Below the pieces are notes generated by a model, which did not search any database, was not told the DNA's origin, and saw only the letters and a program-made list of their open reading frames with translations. A program made the translations under genes and the position numbers. Of a stretch of 47,779 nucleotides of DNA, positions 15,499 through 25,095 are shown piece by piece; the stretch's first letter is position 1, and each line of letters begins with the position of its first letter. Location: positions 1 to 47,779 of the forward strand of contig JAIRQZ010000009.1 in assembly GCA_031256235.1 (NCBI GenBank), given 5' to 3'. Origin of the DNA: Christensenellaceae bacterium. Its GTDB lineage: Bacteria; Bacillota; Clostridia; Christensenellales; UBA1242.

Positions 15499-16383
15499 TT
15501 AGCGTGCCGTATTCAGTTTAGTCAAATGATTTTTAAACTCTTGAGTCGGTTGAATTTCAAATTCGATTTTTTCACCTGTGCGCGGATGAATAAAAGACAA
15601 CGAAACGCTTTCCAACATTTGGCCCTCGCCATGTTTGGGATTGTACTCTGGGTCGCCCACAAGCGGATGTCCGATGCTTTTGCAATGGACCCGAATTTGG
15701 TGGGTTCGGCCTGTTTCAAGGTTAAATCGCACAAGCGTGTGCTTTGCGAAATTTTGCACAACTGTGTAGTGCGTTATCGCGGTACGGCCTTTTTTGGAAT
15801 CGGCCGTTACTGTAAACAAAGTCCTGTGATTCGGGTCGCGGACAATATTTTTATTGATTGTACCGCTACCCTGCATTACGCCTTCAACAATGCCAAGGTA
15901 TGCGCGCTTTACTTCGCGACGCTCCAACATTGCGGACAAAAGGCCTTGGGTAGTAATATCGCGGGCGACGATTAAAAGGCCTGCCGTGTTTTTGTCAAGG
16001 CGATGAACGATGCCTGCGCGGTTCAAGTCTTGGGCGGTATTAACATGCGAAGTAGCGTGATGTAAAAGCGCATTTAAAAGCGTGTTGTCGTGATTGCCTG
16101 CACCAGGATGTGTGACCATCCCGCGTGGTTTGTTAATGACCATCAAATATTGGTCTTGAAAGACTATGTCAAGCGGGATGTCCTGGGCTCGATTTTCTTC
16201 GGGCTCAAGGTTCGGGTTCCACGAGGGGGCTATTTGTATAGCATCAGTTTCGCTTACCTCGAAGCCACATTTTTTTGTGACTACTTCGTGCACGGTTACA
16301 TGACCCGACTTTATGGCGTTCGTAATTTGGCTTCGGGTATACTTGTCGCCAAGACGCTTTGTCAAAAGGACATCAAGTCGCAT
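15499..16383 (-). CDS. rluD: RluA-family 23S rRNA pseudouridine synthase (RluD-like)
   Basis: It has an N-terminal S4-like domain, the catalytic motif HRLDKNTAGLLIVA, and GRTHQIRVH. Confidence 0.9.
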   Translation of the reverse strand: MRLDVLLTKRLGDKYTRSQITNAIKSGHVTVHEVVTKKCGFEVSETDAIQIAPSWNPNLEPEENRAQDIPLDIVFQDQYLMVINKPRGMVTHPGAGNHDNTLLNALLHHATSHVNTAQDLNRAGIVHRLDKNTAGLLIVARDITTQGLLSAMLERREVKRAYLGIVEGVMQGSGTINKNIVRDPNHRTLFTVTADSKKGRTAITHYTVVQNFAKHTLVRFNLETGRTHQIRVHCKSIGHPLVGDPEYNPKHGEGQMLESVSLSFIHPRTGEKIEFEIQPTQEFKNHLTKLNTAR

Positions 16384-16825
16384 TGCCAGTTTTCTCCGTT
16401 TTTTTGAATGACGCGATGCAGTAACAAATTACAAGGATGCCCGTGCCAATAGTAAGACAAATATCTGCCACATTAAATATCGGCGAGAAAAGAGGCATTT
16501 TTATAAAATCTCGAACATAGCCAAAGAAAATTCGGTCGTAAAGATTCCCTATGGCACCGCAAATGAACAAGGCGAAACCGACATTCATTATGTCGTTTAC
16601 TATACCTGTTTTTTTTACGATATAAAGCCACCACGCCACTACCGCGCAGCCCGACAAGAGCAGGTTCAAAATGACAAATAAAACCCGCATATTGCCGAAC
16701 AACCCGAAAGCAATTCCATCGTTATGAACAGACATGTCGTGGCCGTCGGTAAGATATTTTGTAAGCAAGTCAACAAAAAGCATCGCAGTGACTATAGCAA
16801 AAAACACGATAATGTTTTTTTTCAC
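16373..16825 (-). CDS. lspA: Lipoprotein signal peptidase II
   Basis: It has four TM helices and the NDGIAFG and FNVADICLTIG motifs. Confidence 0.85.
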   Translation of the reverse strand: MKKNIIVFFAIVTAMLFVDLLTKYLTDGHDMSVHNDGIAFGLFGNMRVLFVILNLLLSGCAVVAWWLYIVKKTGIVNDIMNVGFALFICGAIGNLYDRIFFGYVRDFIKMPLFSPIFNVADICLTIGTGILVICYCIASFKKTEKTGNAT

Positions 16826-18495
16826 TTGTGTCCTTGCAACATCGTGATAACCATCGGGCGACGTTTGACAGTCTTTTGGAAAAACGTTTGAAGGTCGCGA
16901 CGGACTTGTGTGCGGACTTCATCTATGTCGTCTTTTGCCAAATTAAGGTTGGCATTTTTAAGACATTCCAACACTGCAAGTCGGGCTTCTTGCATATTTT
17001 CAAGCAATTCGTCGCTGTACAAAAGCCCACGGGTCGCGACATCGGGCCCGCTTGTGATTTCACCTGTGCCCAAATTGTAGCCTATGCCGACAATGCAGAT
17101 ACCTTCTTCGGCCAAGGTTTGACGGTCGCGAAGAACCGAGGCGTCAGCAGAGCCAGAACTCGAGCCATCAATAAGAACCGCACCACTTGGAATACAGCCG
17201 ACGCGCTTCAAGTTATTCATGGAAAGTTCCAACACATCGCCAAGGTCTGGGATTATAATATTGCGCTTGTTGACGCCCAAACGGGCGGCCAGTGCGACGT
17301 TCTTTTTCATGTGCTTGTACTCGCCGTGGATAGGCACAAAATAGTGCGGATTAAGCAATGAAATCACAAGTTTGAATTCGTCCTCATATGCGTGCCCCGA
17401 GGCGTGAACGCCCGCCAAGGACTCGTATACTACTTCTGCGCCGCACTTAATTAAGTTGTTGATGACTTGGTTGACCGCGTCTTCGTTGCCTGGGATTGGT
17501 GCGGACGCGAATACGATTGTGTCGTTGGCGCCGATTTGAACCTTTGGAAAATCGCCCGACGCCATGCGCACAAGGGCGCTACGTGGCTCGCCTTGCGAAC
17601 CCGTAAGTACGATAAGTAACTCGCCGTCTTTGTAGTTGCCGATATGGGTGATGTCGATGATGCGACCACGCTCTTTTTCATCAAGGCGCATTTCGCCGAT
17701 TTTGATTGCGGTGTCGGTGACATTTATCATACTGCGACCGCAAAAAACAAGTTTGCGGTTATACTTGATTGCCAAGTCCAAAAGTTGTTGGACACGGTGA
17801 ATGTTGGATGCAAAAGTGCCAACGAACAAGCGTCGGTCGGAGTTGGCGGCAAAGACTTTGTCAAGTTGTTCCCCAGCCTCGGTCTCCGAAATTGAATGGC
17901 CTTTGCGTTCGGCATTGGTACATTCACACATCATAAGGGCGACACCTTTACGACCGATTTCGCCGATACGCGTGAGGTCGGTGACTTGGCCATCAACAGG
18001 TGTATAGTCGATTTTAAAGTCGCCAGTAAAAAAAATCACACCTACAGGGGTTGTAACTGACAACGCAAAACAACCCGCAATACTGTGGTTTACATGGACG
18101 AATTCGATACTGAAATTGCCGATTTGGACAACTGAACGAGCCTTTACAACAATGGCTTTAGCCTTGACATTTGGATGTTCGCGCAATTTGTTTTCGATTA
18201 ATGCAAGCGTCATACGGCTTCCATATACGGCCGCAGGAACTTGGCCAAGGGCGTATGCGATACCTCCGATATGGTCCTCATGCCCGTGTGTGATAATATA
18301 ACCGCGGACTTTGTCCTTGTTTTGGACAAGGTATGTAAGGTCTTGCACAACGCAGTCAATGCCAGGCATGTCGTCGGTTGGGAACCCGAGACCGCAGTCC
18401 AGAACGATAATTTCGTTTTCATATTCAAGCGCGTACATGTTCTTGCCGATTTCGCCGACGCCCCCGAGAAAGATGACTTTTACCCCTTTTGACAT
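16822..18495 (-). CDS. rnj: Ribonuclease J
   Basis: It has the metallo-beta-lactamase motif THGHEDHIGG, a beta-CASP region and an N-terminus (VIFLGGVGEIGKNMY) typical of RNase J. Confidence 0.9.
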   Translation of the reverse strand: MSKGVKVIFLGGVGEIGKNMYALEYENEIIVLDCGLGFPTDDMPGIDCVVQDLTYLVQNKDKVRGYIITHGHEDHIGGIAYALGQVPAAVYGSRMTLALIENKLREHPNVKAKAIVVKARSVVQIGNFSIEFVHVNHSIAGCFALSVTTPVGVIFFTGDFKIDYTPVDGQVTDLTRIGEIGRKGVALMMCECTNAERKGHSISETEAGEQLDKVFAANSDRRLFVGTFASNIHRVQQLLDLAIKYNRKLVFCGRSMINVTDTAIKIGEMRLDEKERGRIIDITHIGNYKDGELLIVLTGSQGEPRSALVRMASGDFPKVQIGANDTIVFASAPIPGNEDAVNQVINNLIKCGAEVVYESLAGVHASGHAYEDEFKLVISLLNPHYFVPIHGEYKHMKKNVALAARLGVNKRNIIIPDLGDVLELSMNNLKRVGCIPSGAVLIDGSSSGSADASVLRDRQTLAEEGICIVGIGYNLGTGEITSGPDVATRGLLYSDELLENMQEARLAVLECLKNANLNLAKDDIDEVRTQVRRDLQTFFQKTVKRRPMVITMLQGHK

Positions 18496-18529
18496 AATTT
18501 ATTTACTCCTTTTTTATAATAGGTTTTGT

Positions 18530-20596
18530 TTATGCTGTTACATTTTTACCGATTTTGATTTCGATGTCGACCTTTTGTTCGCGAACTTTGTTATATGCAG
18601 GACTTAAGAACAAATCCGTTGGGTGGGCATTGTCGATACTTACGACCCCGCTGTTGAACACCAGGATACCAAGTTGACGGAATACTGTAGCACAGAAAAT
18701 AAACTGGTGCAAGTTATACTGACACGAATTCGCCAAGGTTTCAAGTTTCATGAACAGGTCGTAGACATTGAACGCGCGTGTCCCGTGAGCGGTTTTGATG
18801 AATTTATAATAATCGACAAAGACTTCGCGGTCGGCGTTAAGGCTTTGCAAAATTTTGTTAAATTTAATGTCGGGTTCGTATGGAAAGGCGTCTTGCAAAT
18901 ATCCCGACAATGTGAGGGCGTAACTTTTTGCATCGGTCGGGATAGGAATTACAGTTTTGGCAACGGCTTTGGGTATTGTGGTACCGTCGGGCTTTTGGAA
19001 TTCAAAAAGGACCTTTTTAGGGAAATTATAGGCAAGAACATCTCCGCAGGCCGAGCCATTAAAGAAGATAAATTGCATATTTTTGTGGCTGAAACGCAAG
19101 TGAATTGGGTGATTTGTCAAGGCACCGACTTGGCAATTTGTTACCGTCATCATGAACACGGCTGATGGGTTGTCGCAACCTGTGGGTTCAAGTTTTTCGA
19201 TTTCGCTAAGGAATTGAGGGGTGATTTCGTCCTGTTCCAAATCGAAGTCGTACAATTTTTCGGATGTTAAGTTTACTTTGTTGTAAGACTCGTTCATGTG
19301 GTCTGTGATTTTTTTGTTAAACTCATCGAACCTGTCCACAGCAACAGACAATCCCGCAGCCATCGCATGTCCGCCGAAAGATATCAACATGTCGGAAAAT
19401 TTTTCCACGGTTCGGACAATGTCAATGCCGTCTATGCTTCGGCCTGACCCCTTCGCAACATTTTCTTTGATGCCAAATATGATGCTTGGTTTGCCGTATT
19501 TTTCAGTGATTCGAGCCGAAACAATACCAAGTACGCCCGATTCCCACTTTTTATCGGCAAGGACGATGATATTGTTTTTGTAAAGTTTCTCGTGTTCAAC
19601 TTGGGCTTCGACTTCTTGATAAATCGTATTGCAAAGTTTTTGACGGCGAAGGTTATAGTCGGCAAGGTGCTTGATGATTTTGTCAATCTCGGCTTCGTTT
19701 TGTTCAAGTATGATGTCAAGGCCGCGCTTCGCATTTCCCATGCGACCAGAGGCGTTGATTTTTGGGCCAAGTTTGAAAGAGATATCTGAACTTTTTATAT
19801 CGCCGTGGATATTGCAACTTTTCGCAAGCGCCGTGATCGACGGCAAGGAATTCGCATTTAGTTTTTGAAGGCCCAACGAAGTGATAATACGATTTTCGTC
19901 TTTTAATGCTACGATATCGGCGACCGTGGCGATTGAGCATATGTCCAGATATTTGCGCGCGGTTTCCAGGCCACCCAATGCGTGGACAACCTTAAGCGCA
20001 ACACCAGCACCGCACAGGTCGCGGAACGGATACTTTTGGTCGGCGAATTTTGGGTTGACGCAAATGCAATTCGGTGTCTTTTCGGGGATAACATGATGAT
20101 CGGTGACAATGCAATCAATACCGAGCGATTTGGCATGATCGACTTCCGCGGTACAACTTATACCGCAATCGACGGTGATTATTAACTTGGGTTCAAAGCG
20201 TTCGTTAAGTTTATCGATTAAATCTATGTTAAGTCCATAGCCGTCGTCGCTTCGGTCGGGCAAAAAGTAACGTGTCGAGGCGTGGCGCGAACAAAGATAC
20301 TTGTACATTATTGCAACAGAACAGATGCCGTCGGCGTCATAATCGCCAATCAGCAAAATACGCTCTTTCCGAGCAATGGCTTGTTCTATACGGACTGTGG
20401 CTTCGCGCATCCCTTTTAACAAAAACGGGTCATGCAGGTAATTCGGTGAAATGTCAAAAAACTGTTTGATTTTCTCCTTGGAGTCAATCCCTCGTGTGAA
20501 TAACAGTCTTGCAAACTTTTCACTGAGACCAAAGTCCGTGAACACCGCCAATTCCTTTGCACCCAATGGGTTGCTTCGTCGGGGTCGGTATTTCAT
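18530..20596 (-). CDS. recJ: Single-stranded-DNA-specific exonuclease RecJ
   Basis: It has the DHH-family motifs GDYDADGICS, VDCGIS and VTDHH, plus the DHHA1 segment GGHAMAAG. Confidence 0.9.
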   Translation of the reverse strand: MKYRPRRSNPLGAKELAVFTDFGLSEKFARLLFTRGIDSKEKIKQFFDISPNYLHDPFLLKGMREATVRIEQAIARKERILLIGDYDADGICSVAIMYKYLCSRHASTRYFLPDRSDDGYGLNIDLIDKLNERFEPKLIITVDCGISCTAEVDHAKSLGIDCIVTDHHVIPEKTPNCICVNPKFADQKYPFRDLCGAGVALKVVHALGGLETARKYLDICSIATVADIVALKDENRIITSLGLQKLNANSLPSITALAKSCNIHGDIKSSDISFKLGPKINASGRMGNAKRGLDIILEQNEAEIDKIIKHLADYNLRRQKLCNTIYQEVEAQVEHEKLYKNNIIVLADKKWESGVLGIVSARITEKYGKPSIIFGIKENVAKGSGRSIDGIDIVRTVEKFSDMLISFGGHAMAAGLSVAVDRFDEFNKKITDHMNESYNKVNLTSEKLYDFDLEQDEITPQFLSEIEKLEPTGCDNPSAVFMMTVTNCQVGALTNHPIHLRFSHKNMQFIFFNGSACGDVLAYNFPKKVLFEFQKPDGTTIPKAVAKTVIPIPTDAKSYALTLSGYLQDAFPYEPDIKFNKILQSLNADREVFVDYYKFIKTAHGTRAFNVYDLFMKLETLANSCQYNLHQFIFCATVFRQLGILVFNSGVVSIDNAHPTDLFLSPAYNKVREQKVDIEIKIGKNVTA

Positions 20597-20665
20597 ACTT
20601 TGTCCTTTTCTGTATCATAATATTGACATACTATTTTTATTTGTGCAAGGGTTTTGTAAAAATAT

Positions 20666-22138
20666 TTAAAAATTATCGGGTAAATCATTTTCAATCAACA
20701 ATATGTCGCCAGGCTTCAGCAATGTACCAAAGATAGTTTTGCCTTCGTCCAAGTTTTTTGCGAAGTGAATTTTGGATTCTGGAAACTGCGTCTCGGGCGG
20801 GCTCTCATGCAAACCGTCATAGATTGCACGCTTGTTTGTTTCGCCGACAATTATAACGTGGTCGGCGATACCTACCATTTGGGCACCGAATCGGCGATTG
20901 TCGTCGTATTGTGAAGCACCCAGTTCAATCATGCCTGGGGTGATTACTATTGCCGAGGCACCAGGTGACGACTTTTTAAGGTCGGCAAGCACAGTCAAAG
21001 CGGCGAATGCACCGTGCGGAGACGAGTTAAAACTGTCGTCAAGGATACGGACTCCGTTTGGGCTTTCGATAAGTTCAAGGCGGTGAGGCGTAGGTTTCAA
21101 TTCTGCGACCGCAACGCGGATTTGGTCTTGCGAGACGCCAAGTTCAAGCGCCATTTCACTGCAAACCATGATATTCCGACGGTTGTGGGCGCCGACAAGA
21201 CGAGTTTTGAAATCACGAGGAAATTCCATAAATGGGACTATATCTCCGTTAATTTTTATGCCACCGTTTGGCACAGCGTTCAATAATTCCATTTTTTCGG
21301 CCCTGATATTTTCTTCCGTTTTAAAAGTTTCAAGATGGCACTTTCCGATGCTTGTTAACAAACCGTGTTGGGGCTTGAATAACTTGCACATTTGCTTGAT
21401 GTCTCCCCTTTTTCGGGCGCCCATTTCCATGATAAGGACTTGGGTATCGGGCTTTAATTCCCCCAAAACTGTGCGACAAAAGCCCATTGGAGTATTAAAA
21501 CTTGCGGGGCTTGCGACTACTGCGTACTTTTTTGACAGCATCTCGGCAAGTATGTTTTTGCACGTTGTCTTTCCATAACTGCCCGTGATACCGATGCGGA
21601 TAAGGTCTTTATACTCGGGCGAAAACAGTTTTTTACGGGCGCGTCGGAGGTATATTTGACCGATAAGTTTTTCGGTTGGCAAAATTATATATATTGCGAC
21701 AAGCATCATTACGGGTAGCGCGGCCGCCGTGATTGGCAAGTACTTTGGGGGCGCGAAGTACAGCAGTATGAAACTTACGACATCCGCGACTATGGCGATT
21801 GTGCCAAGCAGGCGTTTTACGCGGGCCGTATATTTTAGGGGGATTTTTGCGGGCTTTTTAAGGTTTAAAACTATTGCGAATATGCCAAATGCAAAGTAAG
21901 GCAAGAGGCCCAAAAATGAGAATAAACCAGGGGCAAAGAAACCGATTATAAATCCCGAGCCTGCGCCAAGCAGTGCCACAACAACCAAGGTGATAAAATA
22001 CGGGTTGCGTTTTAAAAGCCACCTTAAAAGGTTTCGGGGCTTGTAACCTTCAAGTTGGAAAATGTGCACAAGTTTAATACCAAGCCCACACAAGAGGGCC
22101 GCGCTTAATATTGAAACGGTGATTTGAAGTGTTAACAT
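20666..22138 (-). CDS. MurF-like Mur ligase with an N-terminal multi-TM domain
   Basis: Residues 1-150 form about 5 hydrophobic helices. These are followed by the Mur ligase P-loop GITGSYGKTT and a MurF-like C-terminal domain (HRLELIESPNGVRILDDSFNSSP...GMIELG). Confidence 0.7.
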   Translation of the reverse strand: MLTLQITVSILSAALLCGLGIKLVHIFQLEGYKPRNLLRWLLKRNPYFITLVVVALLGAGSGFIIGFFAPGLFSFLGLLPYFAFGIFAIVLNLKKPAKIPLKYTARVKRLLGTIAIVADVVSFILLYFAPPKYLPITAAALPVMMLVAIYIILPTEKLIGQIYLRRARKKLFSPEYKDLIRIGITGSYGKTTCKNILAEMLSKKYAVVASPASFNTPMGFCRTVLGELKPDTQVLIMEMGARKRGDIKQMCKLFKPQHGLLTSIGKCHLETFKTEENIRAEKMELLNAVPNGGIKINGDIVPFMEFPRDFKTRLVGAHNRRNIMVCSEMALELGVSQDQIRVAVAELKPTPHRLELIESPNGVRILDDSFNSSPHGAFAALTVLADLKKSSPGASAIVITPGMIELGASQYDDNRRFGAQMVGIADHVIIVGETNKRAIYDGLHESPPETQFPESKIHFAKNLDEGKTIFGTLLKPGDILLIENDLPDNF

Positions 22139-22773
22139 TGTGTCTCCAAAAACTTGTAGGCGTCGTGAATGAACTTTTGCGGGTCGTCAAGGAAAGCGAA
22201 GTGTCCAGCGCCCGCGTATGTTTTTAAAATAGCCGAACGGCAAAGTTTTGTCCAACGTTTTGCCATATATATGGGCGTGGATTTGTCTTTTGCGCCGAAG
22301 ATAAGCAAGGTCGGCGTTTCAAGATACGAGATTTCAAACGACAAGTCACGGTGTATTATGTTTTTGAAAGTGCGCTTTCCATTTGCACATAGACGCGCGT
22401 AATCAAAACTTCCCTTTCCGATTCCAAACATCTTGTACAATTTAATTTTTGACCATATCTTAAGGTTGAATCGTGGCTTGAGGCCAGCCGCACCAGTCAG
22501 CACCATTCGTTTGACCATATGCGGGTTACGGCGCGCCAATAATACGGCGACACGGGCTCCGAAACTGTGGGCAATTATGTGACAACGGGTGACGCGCTTT
22601 TCGATAAGTTGTGCTTCGACATAGTCAGCGTAATCGTCCAAGTCCATAACTGTGCCAGGATTGCAATCAAAATCGATAAAAATACATTCGTGAGTGGACT
22701 CGAAAAACTTTGCTATACCCGTAAATGTGCCAGAGTTCGCGCCCCAGCCATGAAGAAAAACTATGTGTTCCAT
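22132..22773 (-). CDS. Alpha/beta hydrolase
   Basis: It has the HGWGANS oxyanion region, the nucleophile elbow AHSFGA and a C-terminal GAGHF. Confidence 0.7.
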   Translation of the reverse strand: MEHIVFLHGWGANSGTFTGIAKFFESTHECIFIDFDCNPGTVMDLDDYADYVEAQLIEKRVTRCHIIAHSFGARVAVLLARRNPHMVKRMVLTGAAGLKPRFNLKIWSKIKLYKMFGIGKGSFDYARLCANGKRTFKNIIHRDLSFEISYLETPTLLIFGAKDKSTPIYMAKRWTKLCRSAILKTYAGAGHFAFLDDPQKFIHDAYKFLETQC

Positions 22774-22789
22774 ATGTATAATGTATGAA

Positions 22790-23080
22790 TTATTGGGGGG
22801 TGTTGCTTTTGTTCACGATAAATTCCGCGTTATAGTAAGGCTCAAGTGTATGTATGTCGATTTGCTTGCCATTTTCGTATACAGGCTTGCCCGTCCCGAA
22901 TGCCAAGGCCTTGATTGCGGTGACGCCGACACGGCTTGCCGTCCATGATTTGGTATTTGTGTTTACAATTTCAAAACCGTCACAACCACGGATTTGTTCG
23001 GGTGTAAAGACCGTGGCAATTTTGTCGCTGTGACAATAGTCCGCGCTTGTATCAATTAAAAGTAACTTTGTGTTTTTCAT
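22790..23080 (-). CDS. Miniature TsaB-like protein (96 aa)
   Basis: LLLIDTSADY and SWTASRVGVTAIKALAFGTGKPV parallel the TsaB motifs ILAIDTS and GPGSYTGVRIGV..AK.LA, but the protein is less than half the usual length. It lies next to tsaE. Confidence 0.45.
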   Translation of the reverse strand: MKNTKLLLIDTSADYCHSDKIATVFTPEQIRGCDGFEIVNTNTKSWTASRVGVTAIKALAFGTGKPVYENGKQIDIHTLEPYYNAEFIVNKSNTPQ

Positions 23081-23381
23081 CTATGTACACATTTACCACG
23101 TTTTTAAGGTCTTTGTAAACGGCTTTGTCGACATTATTGTATGGCCATTCGATAAAGAACAAATTATCTCCGTGCAAAATTTCAAAAAAGTCGGTGTTGT
23201 ACAATTCGGATTGAGCCTTTATACGGTACAAATCCGCATGGAAGATGTTGGGAGCGTATTGATTTATGATTGTAAAGGTCGGGCTTGTTACGTTAACTTG
23301 GTCGCCCAAAATCGCGCGGACGACTTTTTGGGTAAACATAGTCTTGCCCGCCCCCATCTCCCCGTGTAAAAGTATTACCAC
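23052..23381 (-). CDS. tsaE: tRNA t6A biosynthesis ATPase TsaE (short form)
   Basis: It has LHGEMGAGKT (P-loop), SPTFTIINQY and ADLYRI. It starts at a GTG with a stop codon immediately upstream. Confidence 0.8.
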   Translation of the reverse strand: MVILLHGEMGAGKTMFTQKVVRAILGDQVNVTSPTFTIINQYAPNIFHADLYRIKAQSELYNTDFFEILHGDNLFFIEWPYNNVDKAVYKDLKNVVNVYIDEKHKVTFN

Positions 23382-23970
23382 GGTTTAATGGTAGCGCAAA
23401 AAGGCTTAATAGTGCAAACGAAAACATCACTGTTGCGATGACGATATAGTAAATGTTGAAGCGCACAAGGAAACTTGTTGCCAAGATTATAATGCCCATG
23501 AAGATGTAACTGCGGACTTTTTTGCGTTGAAAGGTCACAAATTTAAGCATTGTAAACATCATATGGGCGCGTGAACGGAATTGCAACAAGGTGATATTTT
23601 TCGACTTTGCGGACTTTTTCACGGCGGGAGAAAAAGATTTTGCCGCGATGTATGTGTTGGCTTCGCGGTCGGTTGCCGAGACACAGGCCTCAAGGTCAGA
23701 GGTTTTGGGCTCGGCTTTGAAAAGCGGGAACAGGTTGATTTTTTGGGTTTGTGTGTGGATGATATACTTTTTTTGCACAGGTACGGCGCGGATTTGGGCA
23801 ACGCGCTTTCGAGTTAATAACCAGTAAACCAAATTCACGGCCATCATAATCGTAAATGAAATCAAAAACACAAAAATAATATCGCGAAAATAAAACGACA
23901 GCCACAAATACGACAACAAAAACACGATGAACGAACGTGCAAGTAAATTACTTATCGATGCGATTCTCAC
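23293..23970 (-). CDS. Membrane protein, unknown function
   Basis: It has hydrophobic helices at both ends and a basic central region. The 3' end overlaps tsaE by 89 nt, so the true stop or frame of the tail is uncertain. Confidence 0.35.
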   Translation of the reverse strand: MRIASISNLLARSFIVFLLSYLWLSFYFRDIIFVFLISFTIMMAVNLVYWLLTRKRVAQIRAVPVQKKYIIHTQTQKINLFPLFKAEPKTSDLEACVSATDREANTYIAAKSFSPAVKKSAKSKNITLLQFRSRAHMMFTMLKFVTFQRKKVRSYIFMGIIILATSFLVRFNIYYIVIATVMFSFALLSLFALPLNRGNTFTRGDGGGQDYVYPKSRPRDFGRPS

Positions 23971-25072
23971 ACTTTAAGTATTGACAGATTTTGACTTGGA
24001 GTTTATCAATCGGCCTGTCCAAGTATTTTGCAAGCATCCAGTTTATTGTATAATTGTATATTATACCTATGACGAGGCAACTTGAAAAGACGATTGCGAC
24101 CGAATAAAGATTTTGCCAAATCGAACCATTTGTTACAAACCATTCTTTCCAAAACAAAGTGCGAAAGTTACGGGCTTCATGAATCAAGTACACGGTCAAT
24201 GTTCCAGCGGAGATTATGTTTATCGGTTTGAAACTGAATTTCAAATTTGCAAATACAACAAGCCACAATGTTGCCGACAAAATCACAAAAGGACCATGAA
24301 GTGCGGTGTCTCGATAACTTGAACAACAAATTGTTACGATTATTACCATAGTCACAACCAGTGAGATTGGTAAAATTATCAAATTATTTTTAAGAATTTT
24401 GTTTGGGTACAGGCGCAAGTAAGCCGCAATAAAATACAACAAAACAAATGTCATAAGGTCCGAATGGATATAAGGCGCATATGCAGACGTTTTAAAACAC
24501 TCGGATAAAATTTTTGGAAGAATACTTATGTAAAAGATACCTATTGCAAGTATTATTAAGTGGAGGCGAGGGCCCGTATTCCGAATTATGATATTTAAAA
24601 GTGGAAACATAAGGAACAAGAACACATATGGAATCATGAACCAGTTACTTGAGATGTAGGCGCGAAAGGTGTTTGGCGCAAGATGCATAAAGACTTTTAC
24701 TAAACTGTTGGGCGGATTAGTGTTGTTGTGGGCGAAGTAAAATATAAAAGCGATCACAAATGAAAAGAAGGATATTTGGAATAACAGTTTAAAAAGTTTT
24801 TTCAACTGGAATTTTGAAGTACACAAAAAATAGCCTGTGATTAAAACAAATACTGCGCAACCCCATTTCCCCCAAGAGCCAAGGAGTTCAAAACCGACAC
24901 CAAGTTTAGGTTTTTGCTTTGAAGGAACTGCGTATGTCCAATAATGGCTGAAAACAATCATCAACATCGCGATAAGGCGCAACAATTCTATTCCAGAATT
25001 ACGCGACCTTGGTTGGTTGGTTGGTTGGTTGGTTGGTTGGTTGGTTGGTTGGTTGGTTGGTTCATATGTCAC
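23948..25072 (-). CDS. Acyltransferase family 3 (OafA/OatA-like O-acyltransferase) membrane protein
   Basis: It has IELLRLIAMLMIVFSHY and about 10 TM helices. The N-terminal PTNQ x4 is encoded by the CCAA tract. The only in-frame start is a GTG at 25072. Confidence 0.8.
   Translation of the reverse strand: MTYEPTNQPTNQPTNQPTNQPRSRNSGIELLRLIAMLMIVFSHYWTYAVPSKQKPKLGVGFELLGSWGKWGCAVFVLITGYFLCTSKFQLKKLFKLLFQISFFSFVIAFIFYFAHNNTNPPNSLVKVFMHLAPNTFRAYISSNWFMIPYVFLFLMFPLLNIIIRNTGPRLHLIILAIGIFYISILPKILSECFKTSAYAPYIHSDLMTFVLLYFIAAYLRLYPNKILKNNLIILPISLVVTMVIIVTICCSSYRDTALHGPFVILSATLWLVVFANLKFSFKPINIISAGTLTVYLIHEARNFRTLFWKEWFVTNGSIWQNLYSVAIVFSSCLVIGIIYNYTINWMLAKYLDRPIDKLQVKICQYLKCENRIDK
25009..25062 (-). 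repeat. Tetranucleotide tract (CCAA)13 on the coding strand
   Basis: Thirteen perfect units were counted by hand (GGTT on the plus strand). They lie in codons 5-22 of the acyltransferase ORF. Confidence 0.95.
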
Positions 25073-25081
25073 ATTATATCA
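25073..25081 (-). promoter_or_regulatory. Extended -10 element TGaTATAAT upstream of the acyltransferase gene
   Basis: On the minus strand it reads TGATATAAT, directly followed by GTGACAT and then an ATG (25065-25063). Confidence 0.4.
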
Positions 25082-25095
25082 TAACATTTCAAGTT

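Noticed and set aside
25009-25062. I asked whether the GGTT repeat block could be a CRISPR or minisatellite-type array.
   Set aside because: It is a pure 4-nt microsatellite with no spacers, and it lies inside a coding region. No repeat-spacer architecture exists anywhere in the window.
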